Origin: Ramazzottius varieornatus
Lineage: Eukaryota > Animalia > Tardigrada
Length of the DNA: 38,644 bases
Reading direction: 5' to 3'
NCBI GenBank assembly: GCA_001949185.1
Contig: BDGG01000029.1
Span: 1 to 38,644, forward strand
Under the pieces are notes generated by a model that did not search any database, was not told the DNA's origin, and saw only the letters and a list, made by a program, of their open reading frames with translations. Every line of letters starts with the position of its first letter. Within the stretch, counting starts at the first letter, position 1. Positions 36,001-38,644 of this stretch are shown one piece after another. The position numbers and the translations under genes are program-made.

Positions 36001-38644
36001 ATGATAGCCAGGCGTTCCCACGAGTACAGATTCATGAGCGATAACATGGCCCGACCCATCAGTACCACGTCGACAGCGCCAAACTGGAACGTACTGGCAA
36101 ACCTATCATAGTTCATCCAGTCGGGACTCAGCGGTCCGCTGCAATCAAAACTTCAGAGTACCAATACTACGAGCATACAAGTGGGAATGAAAAAGGAAAT
36201 GAACGATATACAGTAGGTCGCTACAGTGAACGCTATGATCGAAGGGTCCTGCTGTTCAAGGCGTCCGTGTTTGTTTAACAAAGGTGACGCCATCTTCTGG
36301 TTGCCTTCTGACTATAATTACTGGCTCAATCTAGCCGAGCGAGGCGTTTTCAAAGGGAGACTGCGATAATGTTAAGTTTGACCACCCAGGTGATGGTATT
36401 TCTTGGAGCGGACTCAGATCCAAACGCGTGACCATTGGCTGGCCCGTGATGTCGCTGCGCATTCTCACATTGACGATGAGCATACACGTTTCCAGTAGAC
36501 TATGTATGTAGGTTGGAGGTGAACGCCCGTTTGGACGTCCACCTCCAGCCTACAAACAGTATGTCTTGGGTCCCGACCAGTTTAGTTTTAGTATTCTTGT
36601 CCTGCACTCACTGATTACAATATATTCGCCGCTAGTTTTGGATTCACTACCGTCAGATGTACTTGGTGTCGATTTCCTCGTTGTAGTCTTGGCGTTCTGA
36701 TTAGTCCCATATTTCGCATTTTAGTCTCTGGCTTTGGAATTTTCGTCCCAGCAATTTAGTTTCAGCCTCGCAAATTTCAGTTCTAGTCCCAGCCTTGACA
36801 TTTAGTCTTCCGATTTTGAATTATCGTCGGCATTTTAGTTATCCTCCCATGCATTTTAGCTTTCGCCCCAGTTTCTCCATTATAGTCTGTGCCTTCTCAA
36901 TCTCCGTCCCGCATTTCAGTCTTACTCTTGATTTTACAGGTTGATTCTGATTGCTTCGACGGATTTTGACGGGCTACAGAAAATTCCGCCATAGCTTCCC
37001 TCCTATTAAATTATGTCCACCGGTGGCTCTAACTGTTAAAAACCTTCTTTAAAACTATGAACCAGATCGTATGATTGAGAGAAAAGTACCCGGAATGTCG
37101 ACGGTCGTTTTCGAAATGAAAATTTGGCTAAGTTACGAAGCTTCTCTACGAAGCTTCTCAAAATATTCCGCTCATGCAATCTTGTTGAGACAGCATTTCA
37201 GCACACGCTAAGAAGAACTTCTTCCCAGCTTTCTGTTTCTGGTGGAAACTGTGACCATTAAACGAGCTGGTAAGCAAAAAGTTGAAACTGTTTCGGGAAT
37301 TATATTGTCTTGGTTCTTTCGCTGTGGATGAATAGTGTTCGATCGGCTTTTATAAATTAGCAAAACAGTTTTCTGTCACATGAAAATGATTTGGTGTAAC
37401 TTGGCGGTCTTAGGCGTCTAGCAGAACTATTTTTCTCCTTGAGGCCAGTTTTCACCAGCAAAATACATATGTAGGTCGTTTTCTGCCAATCGCACCGATC
37501 AACCAATCAAGTTTTGACGATAAGACCTACCCAGGTCGCAAGATCTAAAGATGATCTACCGAACGAGCTAAAGTACGGTTGCAACGAGTCAGAAACAGAT
37601 TAACTGCAGAATTCCAAAATCCGTCGAAGTAATCGGAATCAACCTGTAGTCCCGGAACTAAATGTGTAACTGAAAAACGACGGAATTTATTTTACTCCAG
37701 ACGGTGACGTCCGTTTTGGATGTTTACAACAGCCTGTATACTGTATTCCCTCGAAGGTTCTGCGAACCAGGTGACTGTTGTGGTAAACTTCACCCGGCGG
37801 GGAAAAGAAAACATTTATACCTTCAATCAAAGATTACCCGCCAATCAGGTGCAGTGACAGGCAACAATCAAACAATCAGTGATTTCCGTGCGGGTGTTAT
37901 TTATTGGCGTGATGACGTCGTTCGCAGAACTATGGAGGGAATACAACACTTCTGAGTTTCTTCCGGTGTCCTGCTGATGTATTGCTTCTGATTAGGGGTT
38001 AGCTGAGCCCGGCTTTTCAGTGGTATACCACCTGCTAGTACATCATATCATATATTGGCGTTCACTTACCAAGCCACCGCGAGCCAGTCTTCCTCTAAGA
38101 AACAGGGAACAGGGGTCATTAACGCATCTTCCATGACAAAGATGAACGAAAACACGGATGTTCTTAAGAAGAAAAAAACAAGCAAAAAGCAAGATTCTGA
38201 GCCGGGTCTCATCACCTACCTCGCGCCAAGTCCCCTATCGGCGAGAACGGAAAGGAGCAACCTGCCGTGAGAAATATCTTTGTGCTCCAAGTGTTGCTTG
38301 TCGAATAGTACAAAGCCTGCATAGTTTGGCGGAGCCCTTGTTCTTACCTGGGTAGAAAACAACTACTGGCCGTTCGCGATGGGTCCGCTGTTTTTTGTAT
38401 AGATCCACAACCGATGAAAGTGTATGATACAGCGCATCTTGGTCGCAGTAACTGGTGGCGTTTCGCAGCTCGTAGTTTGTCCAGTCATAATCCCATTTGT
38501 ACAGCCGTTTGCCTTCTTCGAATGCCACAGCAAAAGCCGGAGTCAGGGCTTCATAGCCAAAGCTGGCTCCCCCGAATGTAATGGTAGCGAACTGCACCGA
38601 TGTCACTGATTGACCCCAGAAGCACAGGCAAACCGCAGCGAATT
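30042..38644 (-). CDS. Natriuretic-peptide-receptor / receptor guanylyl cyclase-like single-pass receptor lacking kinase-homology and cyclase domains (5' partial; ~535 aa in window)
   Basis: In-phase exons: 38644-38348, 38261-38220, 38094-38070, 36138-35816, 31691-31648, 31565-31530, 31462-31385, 31137-31012, 30916-30866, 30797-30612, 30529-30318, 30231-30042. Motifs: FYPGCSFPFSPIGDLARE, YSWERLAIIFD, SRIILLC, LNET..GRTF, juxtamembrane IPDDLPVCGLWGELC, TM helix, ERWW, then stop. Confidence 0.85.
31175..31317. repeat. MITE-like repeat family C, copy 2 (intronic)
   Basis: GCAGTAAAAAGTTTGGA...TCCAAACTTTTTTTACTGC; homologous to 10381-10525. Confidence 0.72.
32160..33255. mobile_element. Tc1/mariner-type non-autonomous element (intronic)
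   Basis: TA|CAGCCTGTCCCAGCCAAGTTGATCCCT...AGGGATCAACTTGGCTGGCACAGATTA|TA (22/23 core TIR match); no recognisable transposase. Confidence 0.75.
34673..34839. mobile_element. TIR element flanking an assembly gap
   Basis: CTAAGCTCTGTTTCGTCTACCGGTGGGT / ACCCGTCGGTAGATGAAACAGAGCTTAG inverted pair around the Ns at 34701-34750. Confidence 0.6.
35361..35700. mobile_element. TA-flanked Tc1/mariner-type MITE (intronic)
   Basis: ~50-bp TIRs CGAGGTAAACGACATAATTCGGGCATA..TTTTCGCACCATAATTCGGGC, with TA on both sides. Confidence 0.85.

Overview
Eukaryotic (animal) genomic DNA with short GT-AG introns and two 50-N assembly gaps. The compact introns and the divergent natriuretic-peptide-receptor-like gene suggest a small-genome invertebrate such as a tardigrade; this is inference. 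Seven spliced host genes were reconstructed by hand with consistent exon phases: lebercilin/LCA5-like (-), an unknown 4-TM protein (-), a BTB-BACK protein fused to a degenerate cyclophilin-like domain (+), mitochondrial trifunctional enzyme beta/thiolase HADHB (+), an ankyrin-repeat SOCS-box protein (+), a 66-aa three-exon metallothionein that the ORF track did not recover as a gene (+), and a receptor with at least 12 exons (-, 5' end outside the window). The receptor has a guanylyl-cyclase-receptor-type ectodomain and TM helix but only a ~62-aa tail, with no kinase-homology or cyclase domain. Intergenic DNA and long introns are full of DNA transposons: an internally deleted hAT transposase element nested in another hAT element, several hAT MITE families with 8-bp TSDs, TA-flanked Tc1/mariner-type MITEs and a probable CACTA derivative. 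Best candidates for new biology are the BTB-BACK-pseudocyclophilin fusion, the cyclase-less receptor with a nearby paralog relic, and the metallothionein.
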